Below, one piece after another: positions 28,204 to 37,140 of a DNA stretch of 64,000 bases. Under the pieces are notes generated by a model. That model searched no databases, had not been told where the DNA came from, and saw only the letters and a program-made list of their open reading frames with translations. How positions within the stretch are numbered: the stretch's first letter is position 1; each line of letters begins with the position of its first letter. A program made the position numbers and the translations under genes. The stretch is from Proteobacteria bacterium UBA6156. GTDB lineage: Bacteria; Pseudomonadota; Alphaproteobacteria; UBA2136; UBA6156. The stretch spans positions 2,739 to 66,738 of the forward strand of contig DIUO01000010.1 of assembly GCA_002422365.1 (NCBI GenBank). The letters are read 5' to 3'.

Positions 28204-28877
28204 TGCCCCGCACCCTCGCCCTCACGCTCCTCCTGGCCACCCTCGTGGGTGCTTGGGCCAGCGGCGCATGGGCGCAAGCCGCCACCCCCAGCCCCACCTT
28301 GGTTTCGGCGCTAGAATCCCGCCGCTATATCAACATGGATACCATCAACACCACCTTCCTATTGGCGGTCGTCAGCGGGGCGGGCGGCGCTCCCTCGCCC
28401 GAGGTCACACTCATGTACCGCGCCCAAATGGGCTTCATCGCCGCCCATCTCACTAAAGATCCCACCATCCCCGTGCCGAACTACGCCGCCTGCCTCCGCC
28501 CGTTTAACGGAGAAGAAAAATCCGTCACCTCCATCTGCAAAATCACTATGGACAAAATCATGCAGCGCCTCGCGGTCGCCCGCTCCACCAACCCAGAGTT
28601 TGTGGACTTCCTCCGCGTCTTCACCCTCTCCCAGCGCACCATTCTCGGCATCGGCCGCTATCTCAACCAGCAGTTTACGCCCGACGAACTCAACACCATC
28701 GCCTCCTACCACGCCTTCCGCCTCACGCAAGAAAAATCACCCCAGTGGCTCAAAACCTACCGCACGTGTATCGAAAGTAACTCCCAAACCATCACCTGCA
28801 AAAACCTGCGGCTAGAGAACCTCAGCGCCATGCTCACCCTCGATTACCTCAAAGCCATGAACGGAGTAACCCCGTAA
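28203..28877 (+). CDS. secreted hypothetical protein wedged between nuoF and nuoG
   Basis: ATG overlaps the nuoF stop (TAATG at 28201-28205) and its own stop overlaps the nuoG ATG (TAATG at 28875-28879). Signal peptide [26 protein letters not shown] is like the host genes. Confidence 0.6.
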   Translation: MPRTLALTLLLATLVGAWASGAWAQAATPSPTLVSALESRRYINMDTINTTFLLAVVSGAGGAPSPEVTLMYRAQMGFIAAHLTKDPTIPVPNYAACLRPFNGEEKSVTSICKITMDKIMQRLAVARSTNPEFVDFLRVFTLSQRTILGIGRYLNQQFTPDELNTIASYHAFRLTQEKSPQWLKTYRTCIESNSQTITCKNLRLENLSAMLTLDYLKAMNGVTP

Positions 28878-31156
28878 TGCCCACCCGCCCCGCCACGCCC
28901 AAAACCAAAGCCGCCCCCACCGCCAAGGCAGGCGCACCCGCCCAAGTGGTCACTTCCAACGTGCCGCCTGCCGCGCCCAGCCCCGCATCCCAAGCGGCTC
29001 CCGCACCGCTCCCCCCGGCACCAGAAGGCTTCCTCAACGTCTTCGTCAACGGCAATCTCATTCACGTCAAACGCGGCAGCACCGTCATGCAGGCCTGCAC
29101 CCAGGCGGGGGCCGAGGTTCCGTTCTTCTGCTACCACGAGCGCCTCTCCATCGCCGGCAACTGCCGCATGTGTTTGGTCGAGGTCGAAGGCATGCCCAAA
29201 CCCATCGCCTCCTGCCACTGGCCGATTGCCGAAGGCATGAAAGTCAAAACCGACAGCCCCCTCACCACCGAGGCCCGCAAAGGCACCATGGAAATGCTGC
29301 TCATCAACCACCCGCTAGACTGCCCCATCTGCGACCAAGGCGGCGAATGCACCCTGCAAGACCTCTCGGTGGCCTATGGGTCGGATAGATCCGCCTACCA
29401 CGAATTCAAACGCGCCGTAGACGACAAAGACATCGGCAGCAAAATCAAAACCGTGATGACCCGCTGCATCCACTGCACGCGCTGCATCCGCTTCGCCACA
29501 GAGATCGCCGGAGTCGAAGAAATGGGCGCCACCGGGCGCGGAGAAAACATGCAAGTCGGCACCTATGTCGAGCACGCCCTTCAAAGCGAGCTTTCCGGCA
29601 ACATGATCGACCTCTGCCCCGTCGGCGCACTCACATCGCGCCCCTACGCCTTCACCGCCCGCCCGTGGGAGCTTGTGCGCACCACCTCCATCGACATCCT
29701 CGACGCGGTGGGCACCCCGATAACGGTCGACAACCGCCACGGCCAGGTCATGCGCACCCAACCGCAAGAAAACGCCGCCATTAACGAAGAATGGATGACC
29801 GACGCCGCGCGCTTCAGTTACGACGCTTTGCACACCAACCGCCTCACCACCCCGCTCATCCGCCGGGGAGGCGAACTTCAGCCCTGCGGCTGGCCAGAAG
29901 CCTTCACCTCCGCCAAAACCGCGCTGGCCCAACCCGTGGGCGGTATCCTCGGTGCCATGGCCAGTGCCGAAGACGCCCTCAGCTTCAAAATGTTCTTCGA
30001 AAATACACTCACTAGTAAGATGTACGACTGCCGCCCCGCAGGCAGCCAACTCGAAGGCTTTTACACCTTCAACACCCCGCTGATAGAATTTGAAAACGTC
30101 GACGCCGTCCTCCTCGTCGGCTGCAACCCGCGCTTAGAAGCCCCGCTGCTCAACGTCCGCCTGCGCCGCGCCGTAATCCGCCGCCGCGTGCCCGTTGCCG
30201 CCATCGGGCCGGATATGGACCTCACCTACCCCCACCAGAACCTCGGCAACGCACCGGATGCCCTCGAATCCCTCGCCAAATCCAAATTTGCCGAAGTCCT
30301 GAAATCCGCGCAAAAACCCGCCATCATCCTCTCCGCCAGCGTGCTTACCCGGCCCGACGGCCCCGCCATTCTGGCAACTCTCGAAAAACTCGCCAAAAAG
30401 TTCGGAGTCCAAAAAGTACTACAGAACGGAGAAGGCTGGAACGGCCTCAACATCCTCGCCGCCACCGCAGGCCGCATCACCGCGCTGGATATGCAAGCCA
30501 AAGCCACCCCCACCGCCGCCATCCTCAAATCCTACCAAACCGGCAAAACCGAAACGCTGATAGTCTACGGAGAAGACACAATTCTGCCGGAAGACATCGA
30601 ACCCGACACCAAAACACGAAACACGAAACACCAAACACTTATTTATATCGGCACCCACTTAACCCCCTTGGCGCAAATGGCCGACCTCGTCCTCCCCGCC
30701 GCCGCCTGGACCGAAAAATCCGGCCTCTATGCAAACTGCGAAGGCCGCGTGCAACTGGCCCACGCCGCCGTGCCCGCACCCTTAAACGCTAAGGAAGACT
30801 GGAAAATCTTCCGCGCCTTGAGCGAAGAACTCGGCACCCCGCTGCCCTTCAACACCCTCGCTCAACTCCGCAGCCTGGTGGCCAACCAACACCCCGCCTA
30901 CCAAGCCGAAAACTGGAACCGCATAACCCGGCGCACCCAAACCCCAACGCCCAACGCCCAAAACCCAACACCCATCACCTCCAAACCCTTCCAACCCGTC
31001 ATAACTGATTACTATCTGCGCCTCGAATACCTCCGCCAATCGCCCACCATGCATAAGTGCCAGAGCGAGGTCGCCACCGCCAAACTCGGCACAACCGCCA
31101 CACCACCTACACCGCTGCTCCCCGGCAAAACCAAATCCTCCCGCAAGGCCGCGTAA
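28877..31156 (+). CDS. nuoG: NADH-quinone oxidoreductase subunit G (with ~50-aa Pro/Ala-rich N-terminal extension)
   Basis: CYHERLSIAGNCRMCLVEV, HPLDCPICDQGGEC, CIHCTRCIRF and CPVGALT. No alternative start lies near the 2Fe-2S domain. Confidence 0.95.
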   Translation: MPTRPATPKTKAAPTAKAGAPAQVVTSNVPPAAPSPASQAAPAPLPPAPEGFLNVFVNGNLIHVKRGSTVMQACTQAGAEVPFFCYHERLSIAGNCRMCLVEVEGMPKPIASCHWPIAEGMKVKTDSPLTTEARKGTMEMLLINHPLDCPICDQGGECTLQDLSVAYGSDRSAYHEFKRAVDDKDIGSKIKTVMTRCIHCTRCIRFATEIAGVEEMGATGRGENMQVGTYVEHALQSELSGNMIDLCPVGALTSRPYAFTARPWELVRTTSIDILDAVGTPITVDNRHGQVMRTQPQENAAINEEWMTDAARFSYDALHTNRLTTPLIRRGGELQPCGWPEAFTSAKTALAQPVGGILGAMASAEDALSFKMFFENTLTSKMYDCRPAGSQLEGFYTFNTPLIEFENVDAVLLVGCNPRLEAPLLNVRLRRAVIRRRVPVAAIGPDMDLTYPHQNLGNAPDALESLAKSKFAEVLKSAQKPAIILSASVLTRPDGPAILATLEKLAKKFGVQKVLQNGEGWNGLNILAATAGRITALDMQAKATPTAAILKSYQTGKTETLIVYGEDTILPEDIEPDTKTRNTKHQTLIYIGTHLTPLAQMADLVLPAAAWTEKSGLYANCEGRVQLAHAAVPAPLNAKEDWKIFRALSEELGTPLPFNTLAQLRSLVANQHPAYQAENWNRITRRTQTPTPNAQNPTPITSKPFQPVITDYYLRLEYLRQSPTMHKCQSEVATAKLGTTATPPTPLLPGKTKSSRKAA
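30607..30638 (+). repeat. Family D CA-rich microsatellite inside nuoG (D3)
   Basis: CACCAAAACACGAAACACGAAACACCAAACAC, read in frame as TKTRNTKHQT. Confidence 0.7.
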
Positions 31157-31159
31157 ACC

Positions 31160-31843
31160 ATGGAAAATCGCACCCCGCCGTATTACCAAAATTTTAGCAA
31201 TTCGCATTGTTTACAATGCTCGCTGCGTTCGGCGTTAGAATACTTTAAGCCGGAAAAGCTATGGACTTGGAAAGAGTTGGAAGATGTGTCGTTCAAGCGA
31301 GAAGGCCACGGTACTTGGCACATGGGTTTCCTCTCCCAACTGGGTAAACATGGATACGACGTCGTATGTATAGAAGATTTTAATCTGAAGGAATTTGTAG
31401 CCTCGCCCTCCGAGTACATGAAGACAACGCAATCGCCGGAATCCTTCGAATACGCGATGCAGGATATGGATATCGCGCACGAAGTGAAATGTTCCAAATT
31501 ATTGTTGGAAGCCGAAGAGCAGGGGCTTGCCGAACTTCATTATCGCAACTCAACCGCCGAAGATGTTCGTCATTATCTTAAAAACGGTTACCTCATTGTT
31601 TTAAATGTAAACAGTTCGGCATTATGGCGTCATGAAGGTTTTACAGGCCACTTCGTACTTATTTATAAACTGCTCGATGAAAATACGCTCTTAATTCACG
31701 ATAACGGCGGCATGAACGGCGACCAACCTACCGGGATGAATGCCATGAAAATGGAAATCGATTTTCTTATCCGCTGCGGCACCAGCGGAGATAAAACCAC
31801 CGGCTTCTATGCCATCCGTCCCAAACAGACTAAAAACAAGTAA
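31160..31843 (+). CDS. papain-fold / peptidase C39-like protein
   Basis: AT-rich. Q-x6-C (QNFSNSHC), a later GHFVLIY and IHDNG fit a Gln/Cys/His/Asp arrangement. The assignment is tentative. Confidence 0.5.
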   Translation: MENRTPPYYQNFSNSHCLQCSLRSALEYFKPEKLWTWKELEDVSFKREGHGTWHMGFLSQLGKHGYDVVCIEDFNLKEFVASPSEYMKTTQSPESFEYAMQDMDIAHEVKCSKLLLEAEEQGLAELHYRNSTAEDVRHYLKNGYLIVLNVNSSALWRHEGFTGHFVLIYKLLDENTLLIHDNGGMNGDQPTGMNAMKMEIDFLIRCGTSGDKTTGFYAIRPKQTKNK

Positions 31844-31848
31844 GCCCC

Positions 31849-32898
31849 ATGGACCTCCTCACCCCCTACCTCTCCCTCCTCACCACGGAGAACCTCCTGA
31901 TGCTCGCCACCACCCTCGGCGTCATCCTCCTCATCGCCATTCCCGTTCTGCTCGGCATGGCCTACACCACGTGGTTTGAGCGTAAAATCCTCGGCTGGAT
32001 GCACCTCCGCCACGGCCCCATGTACGTCGGCCCCTTCGGCCTGCTGCAACCCATAGCCGACGCCGTCAAGCTGATGTTCAAAGAACCCTTCATCCCCGGC
32101 TCCGCCAACAAGGTCATGTTCCTGGTCGCGCCCATGATGGTCTTCATCCCCGCACTCCTCGCCTGGGCGGTCATACCTTTCGGAGAAAACCCGTTTACCG
32201 GCAGCCTCATGGTGCTGGCGAACGTCAACCTCGGCGTCCTCTTCATCCTCGCCATCACCTCAATAGAGGTCTACGGCATCCTCCTCGCAGGCTGGGCCTC
32301 CAACTCCAAATACCCGTTCCTCGGCGCCGTCCGCAGCGGCGCACAAATGGTATCCTACGAAGTCTCCATGGGCCTCATCGTCCTCGCCGTCATCCTGCTC
32401 GCGGGCTCCATGAACCTCGCCGAAATCGTCGCGGCCCAGCAAACCGTCTGGTTCTTCATCCCGGCCTTCCCGGCCTTCGTCATGTTCCTCATCAGCATTT
32501 TGGCCGAGTGCAACCGCCACCCATTCGACCTCCCCGAAGCCGAAGCCGAGCTCGTCGCCGGTTACAATACCGAATACTCGGCCATGGGCTTCGCGCTCTT
32601 TTTCCTCGGCGAATACGTCGCGATGATCACCATGTCTGCCTTCACCGCCATCCTCTTCCTCGGCGGCTGGCTGCCCCCGTTCAACATCGCGCCGTTTACC
32701 TGGATTCCCGGCCCCATCTGGCTGCTCCTCAAAATCGTCGCCGTCCTCTTCTTCATGGTCTGGGCACGCGGCACACTCCCCCGCTACCGGTATGACCAAC
32801 TCATGCGCCTCGGCTGGAAAATCTTCCTCCCGCTCAGCTTCGCCTGGCTGATAATTACAGCAATCGCCGTCAAACTTCTCGGTAACTTTGCGGCGTAA
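31849..32898 (+). CDS. nuoH: NADH-quinone oxidoreductase subunit H
   Basis: [40 protein letters not shown] and [13 protein letters not shown]. Confidence 0.96.
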   Translation: MDLLTPYLSLLTTENLLMLATTLGVILLIAIPVLLGMAYTTWFERKILGWMHLRHGPMYVGPFGLLQPIADAVKLMFKEPFIPGSANKVMFLVAPMMVFIPALLAWAVIPFGENPFTGSLMVLANVNLGVLFILAITSIEVYGILLAGWASNSKYPFLGAVRSGAQMVSYEVSMGLIVLAVILLAGSMNLAEIVAAQQTVWFFIPAFPAFVMFLISILAECNRHPFDLPEAEAELVAGYNTEYSAMGFALFFLGEYVAMITMSAFTAILFLGGWLPPFNIAPFTWIPGPIWLLLKIVAVLFFMVWARGTLPRYRYDQLMRLGWKIFLPLSFAWLIITAIAVKLLGNFAA

Positions 32899-32929
32899 TG
32901 GATAGAATTGAGGTATAAAAGAACCGACC

Positions 32930-33418
32930 ATGAAAACCACCGTCCGCATCGCTCGCCAATACCTCCTGATCGACATGATCAAAGGCTTCGCGCTCACTTT
33001 CCGTATGCTCTTCGCCAAAAAGTTCACCATCCTCTATCCCTTCGCCAGCACGCCCATCAGCCCCCGCTTCCGTGGCGAGCACGCCCTGCGCCGCTACCCG
33101 AACGGAGAAGAACGCTGCATCGCCTGCAAGCTCTGCGAGGCCGTCTGCCCCGCCCAGGCCATCACGATAGAGGCCGAACCCCGCGCCGACGGCTCCCGCC
33201 GCACCACACGATACGACATCGATATGGTCAAATGCATCTACTGCGGCCTGTGCGAAGAAGCCTGCCCGGTCGACGCGATTGTGGAAGGCCCCAACATGGA
33301 ATTCAGCGTGGAAAACCGCAAAAACCTCATCTACACCAAAGACATCCTCCTCGCCAACGGCGACAAACTGGAACCCACACTAGCCGAGCGCCTCAAGCGC
33401 GACGCCCCCTACCGTTAA
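32930..33418 (+). CDS. nuoI: NADH-quinone oxidoreductase subunit I
   Basis: Two 4Fe-4S motifs, [12 protein letters not shown] and [12 protein letters not shown]. Confidence 0.96.
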   Translation: MKTTVRIARQYLLIDMIKGFALTFRMLFAKKFTILYPFASTPISPRFRGEHALRRYPNGEERCIACKLCEAVCPAQAITIEAEPRADGSRRTTRYDIDMVKCIYCGLCEEACPVDAIVEGPNMEFSVENRKNLIYTKDILLANGDKLEPTLAERLKRDAPYR

Positions 33419-33432
33419 GCCTCTCTAAACTC

Positions 33433-33518
33433 GCACCGTTTCCCGGGCTGCGGCGGGGTAAGTTTTGGAACAAAACTTGGGCCCCCGCCCAGACCCGGGA
33501 TCTGGAAAATACCAGCAC
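33433..33518 (+). repeat. Family A hairpin element, copy A5
   Basis: Central stem AAGTTTT-GGAAC-AAAACTT (compensated relative to A2). Starts 15 nt after the nuoI stop. Confidence 0.8.
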
Positions 33519-33582
33519 GACCAATCAAATCCAAATTGAAGCATCCAACCTAGAAAGCAAGAAACCAAAAATATAAAATCAA

Positions 33583-33668
33583 GCACGGATTCCCGGACGG
33601 TGATGGGGTGCGATTTGGAACAAATCGCGGGCCCCCATCCCGATCCGGGATCTGGAAAATATAAGCAC
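33583..33668 (+). repeat. Family A hairpin element, copy A6
   Basis: Outer stem GATGGGG/CCCCATC (compensated relative to GGCGGGG/CCCCGCC). Second tandem copy in the nuoI-nuoJ gap. Confidence 0.8.
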
Positions 33669-33695
33669 GAATATAACTATCAAAACAGTGCGACC

Positions 33696-33990
33696 ATGGC
33701 CAACCCCCACTATGTCTACATCCTCACCAATCAGCGCCATACCGTATTTTACGTCGGAGAAACCGCCGACCTTCCCCAACGTCTTTTCCGCCACAACAGC
33801 GGCTTTTACCCCAACGCGTTCACTAAAAAGTACAATGTAAACATATTGGGTATATTATGAAGAACATCTCAATCTCCATACCGCCAAAGAACGTGAGCAA
33901 AAACTTAAACGCTGGCAGCAAGCCTGGAAAGCACAGTTAGTGACCGACTTTAACCCAGGCTGGCATGACTTAGGCGCCGATTTGGGTTAA
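33696..33990 (+). pseudogene. GIY-YIG nuclease family gene with +1 frameshift
   Basis: Frame 1 gives MANPHYVYILTNQRHTVFYVGETADLPQRL...KKYNVNIL, then stops at 33858. The +1 frame from 33850 gives VYYEEHLNLHTAKEREQKLKRWQQAWKAQLVTDFNPGWHDL. An extra G lies in the GGG run at 33848-33850. Confidence 0.7.
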
Positions 33991-33998
33991 AAACAACC

Positions 33999-34367
33999 AT
34001 GCCCACCAACTTCGCCCTCATCCAAGCCTTCCACCAACGGTTCGACCCGGTGAACGAGCACGGCGAAGCACTGGAATCCCTCCTCACGCGCCGCATGGCC
34101 TATATAACGGAAGAAGTCCGCGAAGCCGCCGCCGCCACCGAAGCCCTGCGCACCAACCCCACCAACCCCCAAGCCAAGGCAAACCTTGCCAAAGAGCTTA
34201 CCGACATCCTCCACGTCACCTACGGCTACCTGCACCTCCTGAACATCGACGCCGACGCCGCCTTCGCCGAAGTCCACCGCTCCAACATGTCCAAAACGCC
34301 CAACCCCCAGGGCAAAGCCATTAAAGGAGAAACCTACACCCCCGCCAACATGGAGAAATTTGTATGA
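33999..34367 (+). CDS. MazG-like/dimeric-dUTPase-like all-alpha NTP pyrophosphohydrolase
   Basis: RRMAYITEEVREAAAA, AKELTDILHVTYGYLHL and EVHRSNMSK. Its stop overlaps the next gene's start (ATGA). Confidence 0.6.
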   Translation: MPTNFALIQAFHQRFDPVNEHGEALESLLTRRMAYITEEVREAAAATEALRTNPTNPQAKANLAKELTDILHVTYGYLHLLNIDADAAFAEVHRSNMSKTPNPQGKAIKGETYTPANMEKFV

Positions 34368-34927
34368 TCTACATTATCTCCGGTGTCACGCGCAGCGGCA
34401 AATCAATACTCACGCGAAGGCTCCACCATAAATACGGGATTCCGTTTTTTCATCTGGATCACATGATGTTCGGCATGGTCAAAGCCTTCCCGGACTGCGG
34501 CTTCCAAGGCGACACCGACGATCTCGTCAAAGCCAAAATCCTCGGTCCAATGGTGGTAGGTATGTTGGAAGAAATGCACACCGATGGCGTTAGAGACTAC
34601 CTTGTAGATGGCGTGGCTTTGCTGCCAGCACACGTTACGCAGCTCACCACCCACTATCCCAGCGCTTTCAAAGCCTGCTGGCTGGGCTACCCGTCCGCTC
34701 AACAAGAGCAAAAATTCACCGACATCCGCAGCAATACCGCATCAGACGACTGGTTGAACCGCTACCCGGATGACTACGTGCGGAAAATCGTTGCTTACGG
34801 TATCGAAAAAAGTCTCACGCTCCAACAGCAATGCCAAAACGAAAATATCCGCTTTTTCGATACCGCCCAGAATTTCGAAACAACCCTTCAAGAGGCAGAA
34901 ACCTATTTATTGGAGGCAATTCAATGA
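34364..34927 (+). CDS. P-loop NTPase/kinase-like protein
   Basis: Walker A GVTRSGKS at the N-terminus. 187 aa. Its stop overlaps the NUDIX start (ATGA at 34924-34927). Confidence 0.6.
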   Translation: MIYIISGVTRSGKSILTRRLHHKYGIPFFHLDHMMFGMVKAFPDCGFQGDTDDLVKAKILGPMVVGMLEEMHTDGVRDYLVDGVALLPAHVTQLTTHYPSAFKACWLGYPSAQQEQKFTDIRSNTASDDWLNRYPDDYVRKIVAYGIEKSLTLQQQCQNENIRFFDTAQNFETTLQEAETYLLEAIQ

Positions 34928-35358
34928 CCGTCACCCCCACCGTCCGCGTCGGTGTCGGCGTTTGGATAATCCACGACGGAAAAGTGCTGATGAATTATCG
35001 CATCAAGCCCCACGGCGGCGGCACCTGGGCGCCTCCCGGCGGTCACTTGGAAATGAACGAAAGCTGGGAAGACTGCGCGAAGCGGGAAGCCATGGAAGAA
35101 GCAGGACTTCAAATTACCAATATTGAGCTTTTCGCCGTCACGAATGATATCTTCCCGGAATCCGGAAAACATTATGTTACCCTCCACATGCAGGCACACA
35201 GCAGCACCAGCGAATTTACCAATATGGAACCCGATAAGTATCAGCAATACGGCTGGTACAAGTGGGAAGAACTCCCTCAGCCCTCTTTGCCATCGGTAGC
35301 CAACCTGCTCCAGCAAAACAAAAAACCACCCTATCTCAACGAAAACACCAAACACTAA
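34924..35358 (+). CDS. NUDIX hydrolase
   Basis: NUDIX box GGHLEMNESWEDCAKREAMEEAGL. The last codons (ENTKH) are encoded by the D4 microsatellite. Confidence 0.85.
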   Translation: MTVTPTVRVGVGVWIIHDGKVLMNYRIKPHGGGTWAPPGGHLEMNESWEDCAKREAMEEAGLQITNIELFAVTNDIFPESGKHYVTLHMQAHSSTSEFTNMEPDKYQQYGWYKWEELPQPSLPSVANLLQQNKKPPYLNENTKH

Positions 35359-35380
35359 AAACTAAACACGAAAACACTAA
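35341..35380 (+). repeat. Family D CA-rich microsatellite (D4)
   Basis: GAAAACACCAAACACTAAAAACTAAACACGAAAACACTAA spans the NUDIX stop and ends 4 nt before the nuoJ ATG. Confidence 0.7.
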
Positions 35381-35384
35381 ACCC

Positions 35385-36026
35385 ATGCTCCCCGACCTCA
35401 TCTTCGCTCTCTTCGCCACCGGCATCCTCGTCGGCGCCGGCCTCATCATCGCCGCCCGCAACCCCATGCTCGGCATGCTCGGCATGCTGGTCACCTTCGT
35501 CAACGCGGCGGGGCTGTTTATCCTGTTCGGAGCCGAATTCCTCGGCCTCCTCCTCATCATGGTCTACCTCGGCGCCATCGCCGTCATGTTCTTGTTTGTA
35601 TTAATGACCATCGACCAGGAATTCTTCCAATTAAAGGACAAAGGCCGCGCCTATCTCCCCCTCGGCCTCATCACCGTGGGCGTTCTGGCGGCCGAGTTCA
35701 TCCTCGCCGCCAACTTCGGCCTCTTCAGCACCAACATCACCGTGCTCCCGGCAACCGAGCAACCCCAGAACATCGTCCAAATCGGCACCGTCCTCTTCAC
35801 CACCTACGCGCTGCCGTTCCAGCTCTCCGGGCTGGTGCTGCTCACCGCCATGGTGGGCGCCATTGTGCTCACCCACCGCCCGCGCCCGGGCGTGCGCCGC
35901 CAAAGCATTACGCAACAGGTGCTACGCACTAAGAATGAAGGCCTCACCATGACCAAACCCAAAACAGGGCAGGGCCTCGGCACCCAAACCGCCAAACACT
36001 GGAAACCCAAATCGGTGAGCAAATAG
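35385..36026 (+). CDS. nuoJ: NADH-quinone oxidoreductase subunit J
   Basis: ATG at 35385. [26 protein letters not shown] is canonical NuoJ. Confidence 0.9.
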   Translation: MLPDLIFALFATGILVGAGLIIAARNPMLGMLGMLVTFVNAAGLFILFGAEFLGLLLIMVYLGAIAVMFLFVLMTIDQEFFQLKDKGRAYLPLGLITVGVLAAEFILAANFGLFSTNITVLPATEQPQNIVQIGTVLFTTYALPFQLSGLVLLTAMVGAIVLTHRPRPGVRRQSITQQVLRTKNEGLTMTKPKTGQGLGTQTAKHWKPKSVSK

Positions 36027-36036
36027 GAGCCCAACC

Positions 36037-36351
36037 ATGTTTTATATGCTGACGCTTTCCCACGTTTTAACGTTCTCCGCCCTCCTCTTCACGCTGGGCC
36101 TGGCGGGCATCGTCCTCAACCGCCGCAACATCATCGCTATTTTAATGTGTATCGAGCTCATGCTCCTCGCCGTCTCCATCAACCTCGTCGGCACCTCCTA
36201 CTTCAGGGCCGATATCGCGGGCCAAATCGTCAGCATGTTCATTCTTACTGTTGCAGCGGCCGAGCTCGCCATCGGCCTCGCCATCGTCACCCTGTTCTTC
36301 CGTAACCGCGGCACAATCGAGATCGACGCCGCCGACCTGATGAAAGGCTAA
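36037..36351 (+). CDS. nuoK: NADH-quinone oxidoreductase subunit K
   Basis: [23 protein letters not shown]...[15 protein letters not shown]. Confidence 0.92.
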   Translation: MFYMLTLSHVLTFSALLFTLGLAGIVLNRRNIIAILMCIELMLLAVSINLVGTSYFRADIAGQIVSMFILTVAAAELAIGLAIVTLFFRNRGTIEIDAADLMKG

Positions 36352-36355
36352 ACCC

Positions 36356-36667
36356 ATGAGCAACCACTCTGTCCTCACCACAACATGCCAAACGTCAAAC
36401 GACCGCGACGCACTCATCAAAGTCGCGCTATCAACTAAACTTGCGGCCTGTGTGCAAGTGTCGCAGGTCACAAGCCACTATGTCTGGCAAAACGAGCAAC
36501 AGCAGTCCGAAGAATATCTCCTCACATTTAAAACCCGCACCGCTTTAATCGAGAAACTCATTACAGAACTTAAAGCTGTGCATAGTTATAAAGTGCCAGA
36601 AATCATCGTGACGCCCATCACCGGCCTACCAGCTTATCTTCAATGGATCGACGAAAGCACCCAGTAA
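36356..36667 (+). CDS. cutA: divalent-cation tolerance protein CutA
   Basis: 103 aa. LAACVQV..., YVWQNE..., HSYKVPEIIVTPI is typical CutA1. Confidence 0.75.
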   Translation: MSNHSVLTTTCQTSNDRDALIKVALSTKLAACVQVSQVTSHYVWQNEQQQSEEYLLTFKTRTALIEKLITELKAVHSYKVPEIIVTPITGLPAYLQWIDESTQ

Positions 36668-36668
36668 C

Positions 36669-37106
36669 ATGATCACCTTCCTCAAATACCTCGGCGCCTT
36701 CTGCCTCTTTACCATCGCGGCCTCGCTGGCATTTTGCAGCGTGGGTGTCTATCAGGGCGTGCAAACCGCCAACCGTTACCTTGCGGGGGCCGACAACTAC
36801 ACCTGCCGCCAGTTTGTGTATGACCTCGAAAACCCCACCACCGACAAATTCGCCCCCCTCGCCATCGCCGCCATAGCCTATGGGGTAATGCCGAGGGAGG
36901 ACGGCGTTATCGACGACAACCAAACCGAAATGGAACACAAAGGTATCGAACCCGCCGTGCAAAAAGTGCTGGCACTCTGCAAAGGCAAGCCAGAGGCTCT
37001 TGTGCTCAACGTCTACGCCGCCAGCATCGCCAGCCCTACGGCCAGCCTCACCCAGCCTGTTGCGCCCGAACCCATCACTCCCGATACTCAAAACACTCAA
37101 AACTAA
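36669..37106 (+). CDS. hypothetical membrane-anchored/secreted protein
   Basis: N-terminal hydrophobic segment. Its C-terminal PDTQNTQN is encoded by microsatellite D5. Confidence 0.45.
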   Translation: MITFLKYLGAFCLFTIAASLAFCSVGVYQGVQTANRYLAGADNYTCRQFVYDLENPTTDKFAPLAIAAIAYGVMPREDGVIDDNQTEMEHKGIEPAVQKVLALCKGKPEALVLNVYAASIASPTASLTQPVAPEPITPDTQNTQN

Positions 37107-37125
37107 ACACGAAAAACAAAACAAG
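37086..37125 (+). repeat. Family D CA-rich microsatellite (D5)
   Basis: ACTCAAAACACTCAAAACTAAACACGAAAAACAAAACAAG. Confidence 0.6.
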
Positions 37126-37140
37126 AATAAAGGCACCCCC

